From: Candidatus Aldehydirespiratoraceae bacterium
Lineage (GTDB): Bacteria > Actinomycetota > Acidimicrobiia > Acidimicrobiales > Aldehydirespiratoraceae
DNA: 64,000 nt
Assembly (NCBI GenBank): GCA_965221585.1
Contig: OZ244898.1
Coordinates: 176,719-240,718 of the forward strand
Direction: 5' to 3'
The notes beneath the pieces were generated by a model. The model was given only the letters and a program-made list of their open reading frames with translations. It was not told the DNA's origin and ran no database searches. Positions 9,233 through 19,270 of this stretch are shown piece after piece; within the stretch, counting starts at the first letter, position 1, and every line of letters begins with the position of its first letter. The position numbers were made by a program, and so were the translations under genes.

Positions 9233-10027
9233 CTAGCCGGGGTCGTTCTTGACCTCGGTGAGGAGAGAACGGGCCTGTAGCAGTGCGTCGTCGGGGAGTT
9301 GGCTGATACGCACCAAGCGCTCGGGCAGGTCGCCGACATCGGCCCCGAGGTTCTTAAGGTCTTGCAGCGCTCGTTTCTCGTTTAGGAACCAGATGCGGGA
9401 TCTGGCGTAGAGCACCTGCAGCACGCATGAGATGAACCGAGACAGGGCCGACATCTCATAGCACGGATCTGAGCCGAAGTCGGTGCGCTCGAGGATCTCA
9501 AGCTGGAATCCGGCCTCCCACAGGAACTTGTCGATGATGGCGCTGCGGAGCGGTTCGGGATAGGGCACGGCGAGGGTCTGCAGGTTCTTCAGGGCGCCGC
9601 TCGGGTCGTGCAGCACTTGGTTGACTGCGACCTCGGCGAGCAGATGGAAGCTGTGGTATCCGGATGGATGGCCAACCTGGTAGTGCGACGTGAACGTCCC
9701 CACGCGGGCCTCGTGAGCTTGCTGCGTTACGAATCCGAGTTCCCGGTAGAGGAGGTCGACCTTTGCCCCGTCGACCGTCAGCCAAGCGCCGCCGTTGATC
9801 CACGGTCCCCATTCACCCGGAGCGACCACTGTGACCTCGGTGTTCGGGTCGGCGACACTGTGCACCCACTCCTTCACCACGGCAAGGTCTATCGAGTCCT
9901 CGTAGTACACGGCCAGGTCATAGTCCGAAGACTCAATGTGCGTCCCCCGTGCCCGCGACCCACCCAACACAACCCCAACGACCCCATCCACACGCCCCAG
10001 CCGTCCAACACTCTCAGCGATCTCCAT
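9233..10027 (-). CDS. Nucleotidyltransferase domain-containing protein (Pol-beta NTase fold plus helical C-domain)
   Basis: GVVLGGSRARGTHIESSDYDLAVYY is the G[GS]x9-13Dx[DE] NTase signature. 264 aa. Confidence 0.75.
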   Translation of the reverse strand: MEIAESVGRLGRVDGVVGVVLGGSRARGTHIESSDYDLAVYYEDSIDLAVVKEWVHSVADPNTEVTVVAPGEWGPWINGGAWLTVDGAKVDLLYRELGFVTQQAHEARVGTFTSHYQVGHPSGYHSFHLLAEVAVNQVLHDPSGALKNLQTLAVPYPEPLRSAIIDKFLWEAGFQLEILERTDFGSDPCYEMSALSRFISCVLQVLYARSRIWFLNEKRALQDLKNLGADVGDLPERLVRISQLPDDALLQARSLLTEVKNDPG

Positions 10028-10150
10028 CTGTCCATTGTCGCATTCCGGCGTTCCTTCCTCACCGAGTTAGGAGAGTTGGCGTGACTGGTCGGGGTTCTTG
10101 TCGGACGGGCCGGGTTGGTGGCCTAGCAGGGACGTCCTTACGCTGAATTG

Positions 10151-10984
10151 ATGTTGTCTGGTTACGAAATCACCGAGCTTTGGCGGTATCCGGTCAAGTC
10201 GATGGGGGGCGAAAGCCTCGACCGGGTCGATGTCGGCCCTGGAGGGGTTGAAGGTGATCGCAGGTGGGCACTGCGCAACACAGAAACGAACAAGATCATC
10301 AGCGCCAAACGGCCGAGACCCTACGGAAAGCTCCTTGAGTGGTCGGCCAGAACCGACGGCGGGGGTGTCGTTGTGACGTCGCCGGACGGCGATGAACATG
10401 TTGCGGGGGACCCTGAACTCGACGAAGCTCTGACGACTTCGTTCAGCGAACCGATCCGGCTGGTCGAAGTGGTGCAGGGTGATGAGGAGACCTATGACAG
10501 CGAGTGGCCCGAGATCCCCGGAACTGCGCTGTCAGAGACCGAGATGGAACTCCAGATCGCGATGTTGACCGAGAAGCTGTCGTTTGTCGACCTCTCCGCG
10601 CTGCATATCGTCTTGAAGGAGTCGATGGACCACCTGAGCACGCTGGTCGACGGCGCCTCGGTCGCGGTGGAGCGTTTCCGACCGAATCTGGTGGTGTCGT
10701 CAGGCGACGGTTCGGGCAGCGGTGAGTTCTCCGATCTGGCTTGGAAGGATGTTCCTGCGACTGCCGGCAGCGCCGGCCTCTTCGTTGCTGAAGCAGCCCC
10801 GAGATGCGTGATGACCACGCTGGCACAAGGCCGACACGAACGGTCCAAAGCGATACTCGGCGCGCTGGCCGCTCACGCCAAGAAAGAGACCGACTTCGGG
10901 GTCTACGCGTGTTTTGGGACCTACGCCGAGGTCACGCAGCCGGGTTCGATAGCCGTCGGCGACCGGTTCGCGCTCGGAGCTTGA
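10151..10984 (+). CDS. MOSC domain-containing protein
   Basis: N-terminal ITELWRYPVKSMGGESL (MOSC_N beta-barrel). C-terminal FRPNLVV...CVMTT contains the conserved Cys. ATG at 10151 is preferred over TTG at 10148. Confidence 0.85.
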   Translation: MLSGYEITELWRYPVKSMGGESLDRVDVGPGGVEGDRRWALRNTETNKIISAKRPRPYGKLLEWSARTDGGGVVVTSPDGDEHVAGDPELDEALTTSFSEPIRLVEVVQGDEETYDSEWPEIPGTALSETEMELQIAMLTEKLSFVDLSALHIVLKESMDHLSTLVDGASVAVERFRPNLVVSSGDGSGSGEFSDLAWKDVPATAGSAGLFVAEAAPRCVMTTLAQGRHERSKAILGALAAHAKKETDFGVYACFGTYAEVTQPGSIAVGDRFALGA

Positions 10985-11039
10985 CCGGACCCGCGCCGCA
11001 AGCTGTCGGTGTACAGGAGCGCATTTGTCGATCTCCTCG

Positions 11040-11112
11040 AGCCCGAGACAGGAGTCGAACCTGCGACCTGCTGTTTACAAGACAGCTGCTCTACCAACTG
11101 AGCTACTCGGGC
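11040..11112 (-). tRNA. tRNA-Thr (anticodon UGU)
   Basis: The reverse complement folds as a cloverleaf: GCCCGAG/CTCGGGC acceptor, GCTC..GAGC D-stem, anticodon loop CTTGTAA, T-loop GGTTCGACTCC. CCA is not encoded. Confidence 0.9.
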
Positions 11113-11234
11113 GTTGCCTCAGCGTAAGGCTGTTTGCGCCGATCAGCGTCGAATTTTTTGCTGCGGTTCCCATTGCGCGCCGTGATCTGGCAAGCTAAGG
11201 CATACTTGGCACTCAGCTACGAGGAGCAAAGCCG

Positions 11235-11849
11235 ATGACATCACCCGGGCGTTACGCCGCATCTGACAACTCGTTCACAAGGTCGACGGCGACCGCCGCC
11301 GCTAGGGGCGGGATACTGATCGTCATAGCCATCGTCATCGGAGTGTTGTTGCTGTGGCAGGGATTCGATGGAGACGACACGGTCGCGACCGGTGACGACG
11401 ACACCGACGAGACTGCCGACGACGGCGACGAAGAGGAAACTCCCACCACCACCGCTCGCGAAACCGAGGACGTGCCAGACGAGACGACTTCAACCACGAC
11501 CACTGCCGCTCCTGTCGTCGTCGATCCGCCGAACTCGGTCAAGGTCGCGGTCCTCAACGGACGTGGTGAGACTGGCTTGGCCGGATCGCGCTCGGATCAC
11601 CTCAAGACCGCCGGGTACGTGTCGATCGCGGCCAACGCCGACACGAGCGACAAGGAGTTCAGCCGGGTCTATTACACACCCGGATACGCGGATGAGGCCG
11701 AGCTCGTCGCAGTGGCTCTGAACGGATCGCCCTCCGTCATCGAGGCGGCACCCGCTGATCCGCTCACCCTGGTGTCTGAGACGTACCGTGAAGCCACCAC
11801 CGACTACCACATCTATGTGGTGCTCGGAGCGGACGCCGTTCTCGGCTGA
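11235..11849 (+). CDS. LytR C-terminal (LytR_C) domain-containing membrane protein
   Basis: N-terminal TM helix, acidic/Thr-rich linker, then VKVAVLNGRGETGLAGSRSDHLKTAGY...YYTPGY, typical of LytR_C. Confidence 0.8.
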   Translation: MTSPGRYAASDNSFTRSTATAAARGGILIVIAIVIGVLLLWQGFDGDDTVATGDDDTDETADDGDEEETPTTTARETEDVPDETTSTTTTAAPVVVDPPNSVKVAVLNGRGETGLAGSRSDHLKTAGYVSIAANADTSDKEFSRVYYTPGYADEAELVAVALNGSPSVIEAAPADPLTLVSETYREATTDYHIYVVLGADAVLG

Positions 11850-11942
11850 GCTCGGCTGACCCGGGCGAATCCAGACACGACTCGCTGACCGGCGGAATCC
11901 GCCGGACAACGCGCCCGGATCGACGATGGGTCAAACTGGGTC

Positions 11943-12938
11943 GTGCGCGTTCTTGCCTGCCCCGACAAGTTCCGCGGAACCGCGAGCGCCGAAGAGGTAG
12001 CTGCCGCAATAGCCGCAGCGGCCACAGAACAAGGCTGGAACTGTGTCGCCCAACCCATGGCTGACGGTGGCGAAGGCACCCTCGAAGCGTTCGGTGGTGC
12101 GAACCGAACAACCGCGGTCACGGGACCTGACCGTTCAGTCGTGCAAGCCGAATGGCGTCTCGACGGCGCACTGGCGGTAGTCGAGATGGCCCGGGCATCG
12201 GGGTTGAGTCTGGTGGGCGGTTCGGATGGCAACGATGCGGTCCAAGCCACCAGCGCGGGCACCGGCGAGCTGATCTCGACAGCCGCCGACTGCGGGGCGA
12301 CCAGGATCATTGTCGGGTTGGGAGGATCGGCGACGACCGACGGCGGATTGGGCGCACTGGAGGCGATGGCACCGCTTGCTCGCTATCGAGGCGTCGATAT
12401 CGAGGTCGCGGCCGATGTGCGGACCAAGTTCCTTGACGCGGCGGCCGTGTTCGGTCCGCAGAAGGGGGCATCTACCGCGGAGGTCGCGTTGCTGGCCGGA
12501 CGCCTCGCCAGGTTGGCTCAGGTCTATGAATCCGAACACGGGGTGGACGTCACCGATGTGCCCAGAAGCGGAGCAGCGGGTGGGCTGGGTGGAGGGCTCC
12601 TAGCGATTGGCGCAGAGCTCTGCGACGGATTCGAGTTGATCGCTGACTCAGTGGGCCTCTACGAGCAGATCGAGGACGCTGACCTGGTGATCACCGGAGA
12701 GGGTCGCCTCGATGCCACATCGTTCGAAGGCAAGGTCGTGGGCGGTGTGGTGGAACTGGCACGCCATGCCGAGGTGCCCGTGATGGCCATCGTGGGGCGG
12801 GCGACCGACGATGTCGCCGGGATGATCCCGACAGTGGACCTGACAGCGACCTACGGCTCCGAACGCGCACTGAACGACACGCTCGGCTGCGTTCGAACGG
12901 CAGCGCGCGATTGGCTCAGCGCTTGCCCTTCGCGCTGA
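11943..12938 (+). CDS. glxK: Glycerate kinase
   Basis: VRVLACPDKFRGTASAEEVAAAI...MADGGEGT...LGGSATTDGG...ITGEGRLDATSFEGKV. GTG start. Confidence 0.9.
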   Translation: MRVLACPDKFRGTASAEEVAAAIAAAATEQGWNCVAQPMADGGEGTLEAFGGANRTTAVTGPDRSVVQAEWRLDGALAVVEMARASGLSLVGGSDGNDAVQATSAGTGELISTAADCGATRIIVGLGGSATTDGGLGALEAMAPLARYRGVDIEVAADVRTKFLDAAAVFGPQKGASTAEVALLAGRLARLAQVYESEHGVDVTDVPRSGAAGGLGGGLLAIGAELCDGFELIADSVGLYEQIEDADLVITGEGRLDATSFEGKVVGGVVELARHAEVPVMAIVGRATDDVAGMIPTVDLTATYGSERALNDTLGCVRTAARDWLSACPSR

Positions 12939-13110
12939 CGACCCAACTGCCGACAGCCACGATGATCACCACGAACAGACCGAACTTCAGGATCCCCGCG
13001 AGCGAACCGACCACCCACTGGACGAGCGTGACCGCGCCGAAAACCGCCAGCGCCGCGATCACGACAACCGCAGGGAAAGACATCCGACCCGCTTTAGTCG
13101 ATTTGCTCAT
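12916..13110 (-). CDS. Small two-helix membrane protein (hypothetical)
   Basis: ATG at 13110 gives 64 aa, MSKSTKAGRMSFPAVVVIAALAVFGAV...FGLFVVIIVAVGSWVV. The longer track ORF has no support upstream. Confidence 0.5.
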   Translation of the reverse strand: MSKSTKAGRMSFPAVVVIAALAVFGAVTLVQWVVGSLAGILKFGLFVVIIVAVGSWVVSAKGKR

Positions 13111-13248
13111 GTTCCCAGCGTACTTCAACGATGCTCGAAGCGCCCTGCGCGCGCAATCAGAATCAATTCCCGATAGCCTCGGTCGGGAATTCGCCTCGGG
13201 TTTGCCGACACCCCGAGAAATGCCTAGTTGCAAGGAAAAGACAACACC

Positions 13249-13524
13249 ATGAGCGTCACCGTTCGAGTCCCAGCCACGCTGCGAGCCCTGACCGCGGGCG
13301 AATCGGAGATCTCGGTTGAAGGTGACACCGTCGCCACGGTGCTTGACAGCCTCGAGAGCTCGCATCCGGGATTCAAGGAGCGCATCCTCGACGATGCCGG
13401 CGAGCTGCGCCGGTTCGTGAACTTGTTCGTCAGCGACGACGATGTCCGGTTCCTAGACGGGCTCTCCACCGCGGTGCCGGCGGGAGAAACGCTGAGCATC
13501 GTGCCTGCCGTCGCAGGCGGATAA
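13249..13524 (+). CDS. MoaD/ThiS/CysO-type ubiquitin-like sulfur carrier protein
   Basis: 91 aa, MSVTVRVPATLRALTAG...LSIVPAVAGG, ending in the diagnostic C-terminal Gly-Gly. Confidence 0.8.
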   Translation: MSVTVRVPATLRALTAGESEISVEGDTVATVLDSLESSHPGFKERILDDAGELRRFVNLFVSDDDVRFLDGLSTAVPAGETLSIVPAVAGG

Positions 13525-13568
13525 ATCGCCGCTGCGGTAGTTGCGATTTCGGCGTCCCCCAGATTGAA

Positions 13569-15255
<1,687 letters not shown>

Positions 15256-15289
15256 GCTTGCTCGGAAATCCCCGGCGGCAGAGCTTTCG

Positions 15290-15307
15290 ATCCCCGACCC
15301 CGGGGAT
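15290..15307 (+). terminator. Candidate hairpin terminator after groEL
   Basis: ATCCCCG-accc-CGGGGAT (7-bp GC-rich stem, 4-nt loop) 35 nt after the groEL stop. There is no U-tract, so the call is weak. Confidence 0.3.
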
Positions 15308-15319
15308 AAGTTGTAGCCG

Positions 15320-15829
15320 ATGAGCGGAGCTGAACTGCATTCCGCTTGCGAAGCGCTGGCCCCGCTGGTCGGTGTTTGGCGAGGTACTGGGGACGGTCAC
15401 TACCCGACCGTCCCCGACTTCTCCTACCTCGAGGACCTGGAGTTCTCCCACATCGGCAAGCCGTTCCTGGCCATGACCCAGCGCACCCGCGACCCGCACA
15501 GCGACGCACCCCTGCACTCCGAGGTCGGCTATCTCCGGCCGCAGCCCCGATCGGCCATGGAGCTGGTGCTCACCCAACCGACCGGGGTGGTGGAGATCCA
15601 TGTCGGCTCGGTCACAGAAACCGGTGGATCGCTGGTCGTCGATCTGCGCACCGAACGGGTGGAGGGGACACGCACGGCCAAACCCATAACCGAGGTCCGG
15701 CGCCGTCTCGAGGTCAAAGGAGACAAGCTGATATCGGAGATGTGGATGGCTGCCATGGGCCAGCCGCTCACGCATCATCTGCGAGCCGAACTGACCCGAG
15801 TCGATGATCGCCGAGGAGCCTGGGTCTGA
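15320..15829 (+). CDS. Nitrobindin / FABP-like heme-binding beta-barrel protein (DUF1794 type)
   Basis: LAPLVGVWRGTGDGHYPTVPDFSYLEDLEFSHIGKPFL matches the family N-terminal signature. Confidence 0.8.
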   Translation: MSGAELHSACEALAPLVGVWRGTGDGHYPTVPDFSYLEDLEFSHIGKPFLAMTQRTRDPHSDAPLHSEVGYLRPQPRSAMELVLTQPTGVVEIHVGSVTETGGSLVVDLRTERVEGTRTAKPITEVRRRLEVKGDKLISEMWMAAMGQPLTHHLRAELTRVDDRRGAWV

Positions 15830-15920
15830 GCTGTCCGGTTCGTGCGAACAGACCCACCGCACGACGGCGTCGATCAGGTTCTCTGCTGGTGGGTGGCAGA
15901 GCGGTCGGTAGTGTGGAGCC

Positions 15921-16718
15921 GTGAGTCTTCGCTCGCGTAGTCAGCAACGACTGGTCAGGCCGTGGTCGCCTCAACAGCCAAGCAGCGGGCGGTCGAACGC
16001 GGAGTTGGCCACCGAGGAGCCGATGGCGATCGAGCTTGACGGCGTTCGAGTGGCGACGACCATGCGCACCCCTGGACATGACTTCGAGTTGGCTGCAGGG
16101 TTCTGCCATACCGAGGGCTTGCTCGACGGCCACCCTGTGCTGACCGTCAAGTACTGCGAGACGGATTCTGCGCTGGCCACAGAGTTCAATGTCGTGAGCG
16201 TCTCCACGGGCGGTGCAGCACCCGTTCCCACCCCTCGGCTCACCGCCACGACCTCGTCATGCGGGTTCTGCGGAACCGACGAGATCGACCAGATCGCCGC
16301 GAAGCTCGATCCCGTCACAGGGCCGGCGCTGGATTGGCAGGTTCTGGCGGGCGCTCCCGAGGCGATGCTCACGGAACAGACTCTGTTCACCGAGACGGGC
16401 GCGGTCCACGCCGCAGGCGTTGTACACCGAGACGGGACCGTCAGCACGACCCGTGAGGATGTCGGTCGACACAACGCTGTCGACAAGATGGTCGGCCGTC
16501 TGCTCTTCGACAAGCAGATTCCGGCTCATGGCTTGGCGGTCGTAGTGAGCGGCAGGGCCAGTTTCGAACTGGTTCACAAGGCCTGGGCTGCGGGCTTTCG
16601 AGCCCTGGTCTCGGTGAGCGCCCCAACAGCATTGGCCGTTGCCACAGCGGAGAGAGCCGGCATGCAACTGGCAGGTTTCGCCCGAGGCGGATCCCTCACC
16701 GTCTACGTCGACGCGTGA
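15921..16718 (+). CDS. fdhD: Formate dehydrogenase accessory sulfurtransferase FdhD
   Basis: ATEEPMAIELDGV...MRTPGHDFELAAGFCHTEGL, catalytic SSCGFCG, GRHNAVDK. Confidence 0.85.
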   Translation: MSLRSRSQQRLVRPWSPQQPSSGRSNAELATEEPMAIELDGVRVATTMRTPGHDFELAAGFCHTEGLLDGHPVLTVKYCETDSALATEFNVVSVSTGGAAPVPTPRLTATTSSCGFCGTDEIDQIAAKLDPVTGPALDWQVLAGAPEAMLTEQTLFTETGAVHAAGVVHRDGTVSTTREDVGRHNAVDKMVGRLLFDKQIPAHGLAVVVSGRASFELVHKAWAAGFRALVSVSAPTALAVATAERAGMQLAGFARGGSLTVYVDA

Positions 16719-16746
16719 CCAGGCACCTCGGTGCGGTCGACCGCAG

Positions 16747-17493
16747 CTACGACGCGATCGGTTGAAACTCTGGACCCGAGAAGATCTCGTAACCGTCGGG
16801 CCAAGGACAAGTCAGTCTGCAGATGAGACGCATATATGGTGCGACTTCGGGCGGGTTGACGTGCTCTACGGTGACACTCAAAGTGTCCTGACCGTTGAGT
16901 TCGCGGAGTTCGTGGACGGGGTCGATCAGGTAATTCGGAACCCAACCGACCGGGTCGCCGTGCTGAGAGTCGATGTGGATTGCCAGCGGGTTCACTTCAT
17001 TTTGGTGGTCATCGACCAGAATGAGGGGATCTCGCTGTTGTAGCCGCTCGACCGCTTCCGAGGCCCCAGGCCGGTATTGAATGCCTCGGGCAAAGAACAA
17101 GGTGGTGAGGTCACCGTCGTCGGTAAGACGCGGTGGAGCGAACACCTCAATGCGGTCTGTCAGCTTCCGGCCCTCGTTGCGGGCCATCACCTCGAAGGGA
17201 TCGGTCTCCACATCCAGCCCCAGTTTTTCGACGTACTCGGCGTAGTCCGGGCGTTGACGAGGCATCTGCCGTTTGCGAAACACCGGGAACAACTCATCGC
17301 TCACATAGGTTTGGTAGAGGTCCGGCAACCCTGGCAGCGATGGGAAGCCTTCAGCTTTCAGACCTTCAGCGGCTTTGAGGTAGACGAACCGATATGTCCG
17401 GGACTGTTCGTTGCCGCGTTGCGAGAGAAGGCCCACGGGGTGGATCAAACCCCCGGGATGGCGCCAAGTCACGTACAGGTGGTTCTCATTCAT
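16747..17493 (-). CDS. HipS-like (HipA N-subdomain-like) / HIRAN domain fusion protein
   Basis: The N-terminal half resembles the HipA N-terminal 'couple' region: LYVTWRHPGGLIHPVGLL...YRFVYL...LFPVFRKRQMP...DPFEVMARNEGRKLTDRIEV. The C-terminal half fits the HIRAN pattern: GIQYRPG...LQQRDPLILVDDHQNEVNPLAIHIDSQHGDPVGWVPNYL. Confidence 0.65.
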   Translation of the reverse strand: MNENHLYVTWRHPGGLIHPVGLLSQRGNEQSRTYRFVYLKAAEGLKAEGFPSLPGLPDLYQTYVSDELFPVFRKRQMPRQRPDYAEYVEKLGLDVETDPFEVMARNEGRKLTDRIEVFAPPRLTDDGDLTTLFFARGIQYRPGASEAVERLQQRDPLILVDDHQNEVNPLAIHIDSQHGDPVGWVPNYLIDPVHELRELNGQDTLSVTVEHVNPPEVAPYMRLICRLTCPWPDGYEIFSGPEFQPIAS

Positions 17494-17550
17494 GCGATTC
17501 GACCTTACTGACCGGGTATGACAGGACGAACAAGTCGAGTCTAACCGGTT

Positions 17551-18477
17551 TCAAGCAGTCAACTTGGACCAGTTGTGTCGCAACAGCCGCTCGGCAAACT
17601 CCCGAGCCGGTGTTGACATCCGGTGCTCAGGGACTTCCCAGATCGGTGCGATCAGATCGTCGACTTGTTGTGCTCGTCCGAGCCAGAGCGCCCTTGCCTG
17701 ATCCCCGCAGACATTGTCAGCGTCGGCCACGATCGAAATCGGATGCCGTTTGGAGGCGAACGGAGTCCGAGCACGGCTGGCGTAACCCTCAGGTGTACGG
17801 TTTCGGTCTTTTGTCGACAGTCGCTCCAGCCGGTCATCGTCGCTCAGCAGGAAGCCAAGACTGGAGGCATGATCGAACGTCGGTGCCAGACGTCGTTTTG
17901 ATCCTGCCTCAGCCGGGCTGATTGCGCTCCAGTTCTCCTCATGCCGGTCGGTGTTGCCGATCAGAGAATCTAGGACCAGATACCCAATGAACATCGTCCA
18001 TGCCGATACGTCAATTGCACAACCCCGAGGGGGCTCAACACCTTCCAAGGCTTGAAACGTTGCCTCTACCGTGTACCCGGTTCGCTGATTGCGGGAGACA
18101 TGAATACCGAGTTCTCCCAAGAGCTCATCGCCGTTCACGAGGCTCTCATTCTCCTGAAGCACATTGCGGCACACAGTTCCGTACACGGGTGTTCCTCTTC
18201 TGTGATCCACTGCGATCTCCACCTCGGCCGCGGGTAGACCTATTGCTTGAGCTACGCCATAGGCGATCCGCTCGGCCCAGTCGTCTCCCTTTCGGTAGCG
18301 TGATCCGGCCAGGGGTTTGCTGAACGTGGCGTCCTTCATCAACCAGCGCTCATTTGTGTCAGGGTTGACGAGCCAGCGTTTCGGCTTGGTTCCGAGGTCT
18401 TCCTCTCCTGACACGAGCCATTCGCTGACGTCGATTTCGTCGTATCGCTGCGGCTGTGCGTCGGTGCTGCCCGCCAT
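17551..18477 (-). CDS. HipA-family Ser/Thr kinase, short form lacking the N-terminal subdomain (HipT-like)
   Basis: Gly-rich loop-like LGTKPKRWL, catalytic loop IGNTDRHEENWSAI, APTFDHASSL (DFG-equivalent). 308 aa, versus about 440 aa for full-length HipA. Confidence 0.8.
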   Translation of the reverse strand: MAGSTDAQPQRYDEIDVSEWLVSGEEDLGTKPKRWLVNPDTNERWLMKDATFSKPLAGSRYRKGDDWAERIAYGVAQAIGLPAAEVEIAVDHRRGTPVYGTVCRNVLQENESLVNGDELLGELGIHVSRNQRTGYTVEATFQALEGVEPPRGCAIDVSAWTMFIGYLVLDSLIGNTDRHEENWSAISPAEAGSKRRLAPTFDHASSLGFLLSDDDRLERLSTKDRNRTPEGYASRARTPFASKRHPISIVADADNVCGDQARALWLGRAQQVDDLIAPIWEVPEHRMSTPAREFAERLLRHNWSKLTA

Positions 18478-18578
18478 TGACTCTGAAGGGTAGCGAATTG
18501 CACCGATCTCTACTTTGCGAACTCTTGCGACTGGAACGGACTGAGCCGGTTCAGCAGAGGCCCCGTAGCATTGGGGAC

Positions 18579-19256
18579 ATGCTTGATCCTGTGACCACAG
18601 CCGAGGGCCTCGCCGTCGTTCATCTGTTCTGCAAACGGACCGCGGACGCTGACGACAGTGCGATCGTTGCCGCGGTCGAGGCGGCGCAGGCGGCCGGGGT
18701 TCAGGTGGTGAGCGTGGCCGTGCTCGGTCACAAGGCGGAACTGTGCTTCATGGCGCTGCATCGCGAGGGCTGGCCGTTGCGAGACCTGCAGACCAGCCTC
18801 GTCAACGCCGGTCTGGAAGTGGTTGACAGCTTCGTGTCGATCACCGAACTGTCAGAATATGCCCTCGGGCTCGGCGAAGACATGAAGAACATGCGCCTCT
18901 ACCCGGAGTTGCCGCCTCCGGGAAAGTCAGCCTGGTGCTTCTACCCGATGACCAAACGACGCAACGAGAACCAGAACTGGTATCGCCTGACCTTCGATGA
19001 ACGCAAGGAGCTCATGTACGAGCACGGAACCTCAGGGCGCAAGTTCGCGGGTCGCATAGTCCAGTTGATCACGGCGTCAACGGGTCTCGACGACTGGGAA
19101 TGGGGGGTCACACTGTTCGGGACCAACCTCGACGATCTGAAAGACACCGTCTACACGATGCGCTACGACACTGCCTCGGCCATCTACGCGGAGTTCGGAC
19201 CGTTCTACACGGGACTGGTCGGACCCGTAACCGAGATCGTCGACCGGACCCGCTAG
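18579..19256 (+). CDS. hemQ: Coproheme decarboxylase / chlorite dismutase family protein (HemQ/ChdC)
   Basis: ATG at 18579. WCFYPMTKRR...NWYRLTFDERKELMYEHG...GLDDWEWGVTLF...MRYD is typical of actinobacterial HemQ. Confidence 0.85.
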   Translation: MLDPVTTAEGLAVVHLFCKRTADADDSAIVAAVEAAQAAGVQVVSVAVLGHKAELCFMALHREGWPLRDLQTSLVNAGLEVVDSFVSITELSEYALGLGEDMKNMRLYPELPPPGKSAWCFYPMTKRRNENQNWYRLTFDERKELMYEHGTSGRKFAGRIVQLITASTGLDDWEWGVTLFGTNLDDLKDTVYTMRYDTASAIYAEFGPFYTGLVGPVTEIVDRTR

Positions 19257-19270
19257 CGCATTCGCAATCC

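Noticed and set aside
16732-16745. 14-bp perfect palindrome TGCGGTCGACCGCA between convergent fdhD and the HIRAN gene
   Set aside because: It could be a bidirectional terminator or an insertion scar. As a hairpin it leaves only about a 5-bp stem after allowing for a loop, and there is no flanking repeat, so the evidence is too weak to call.
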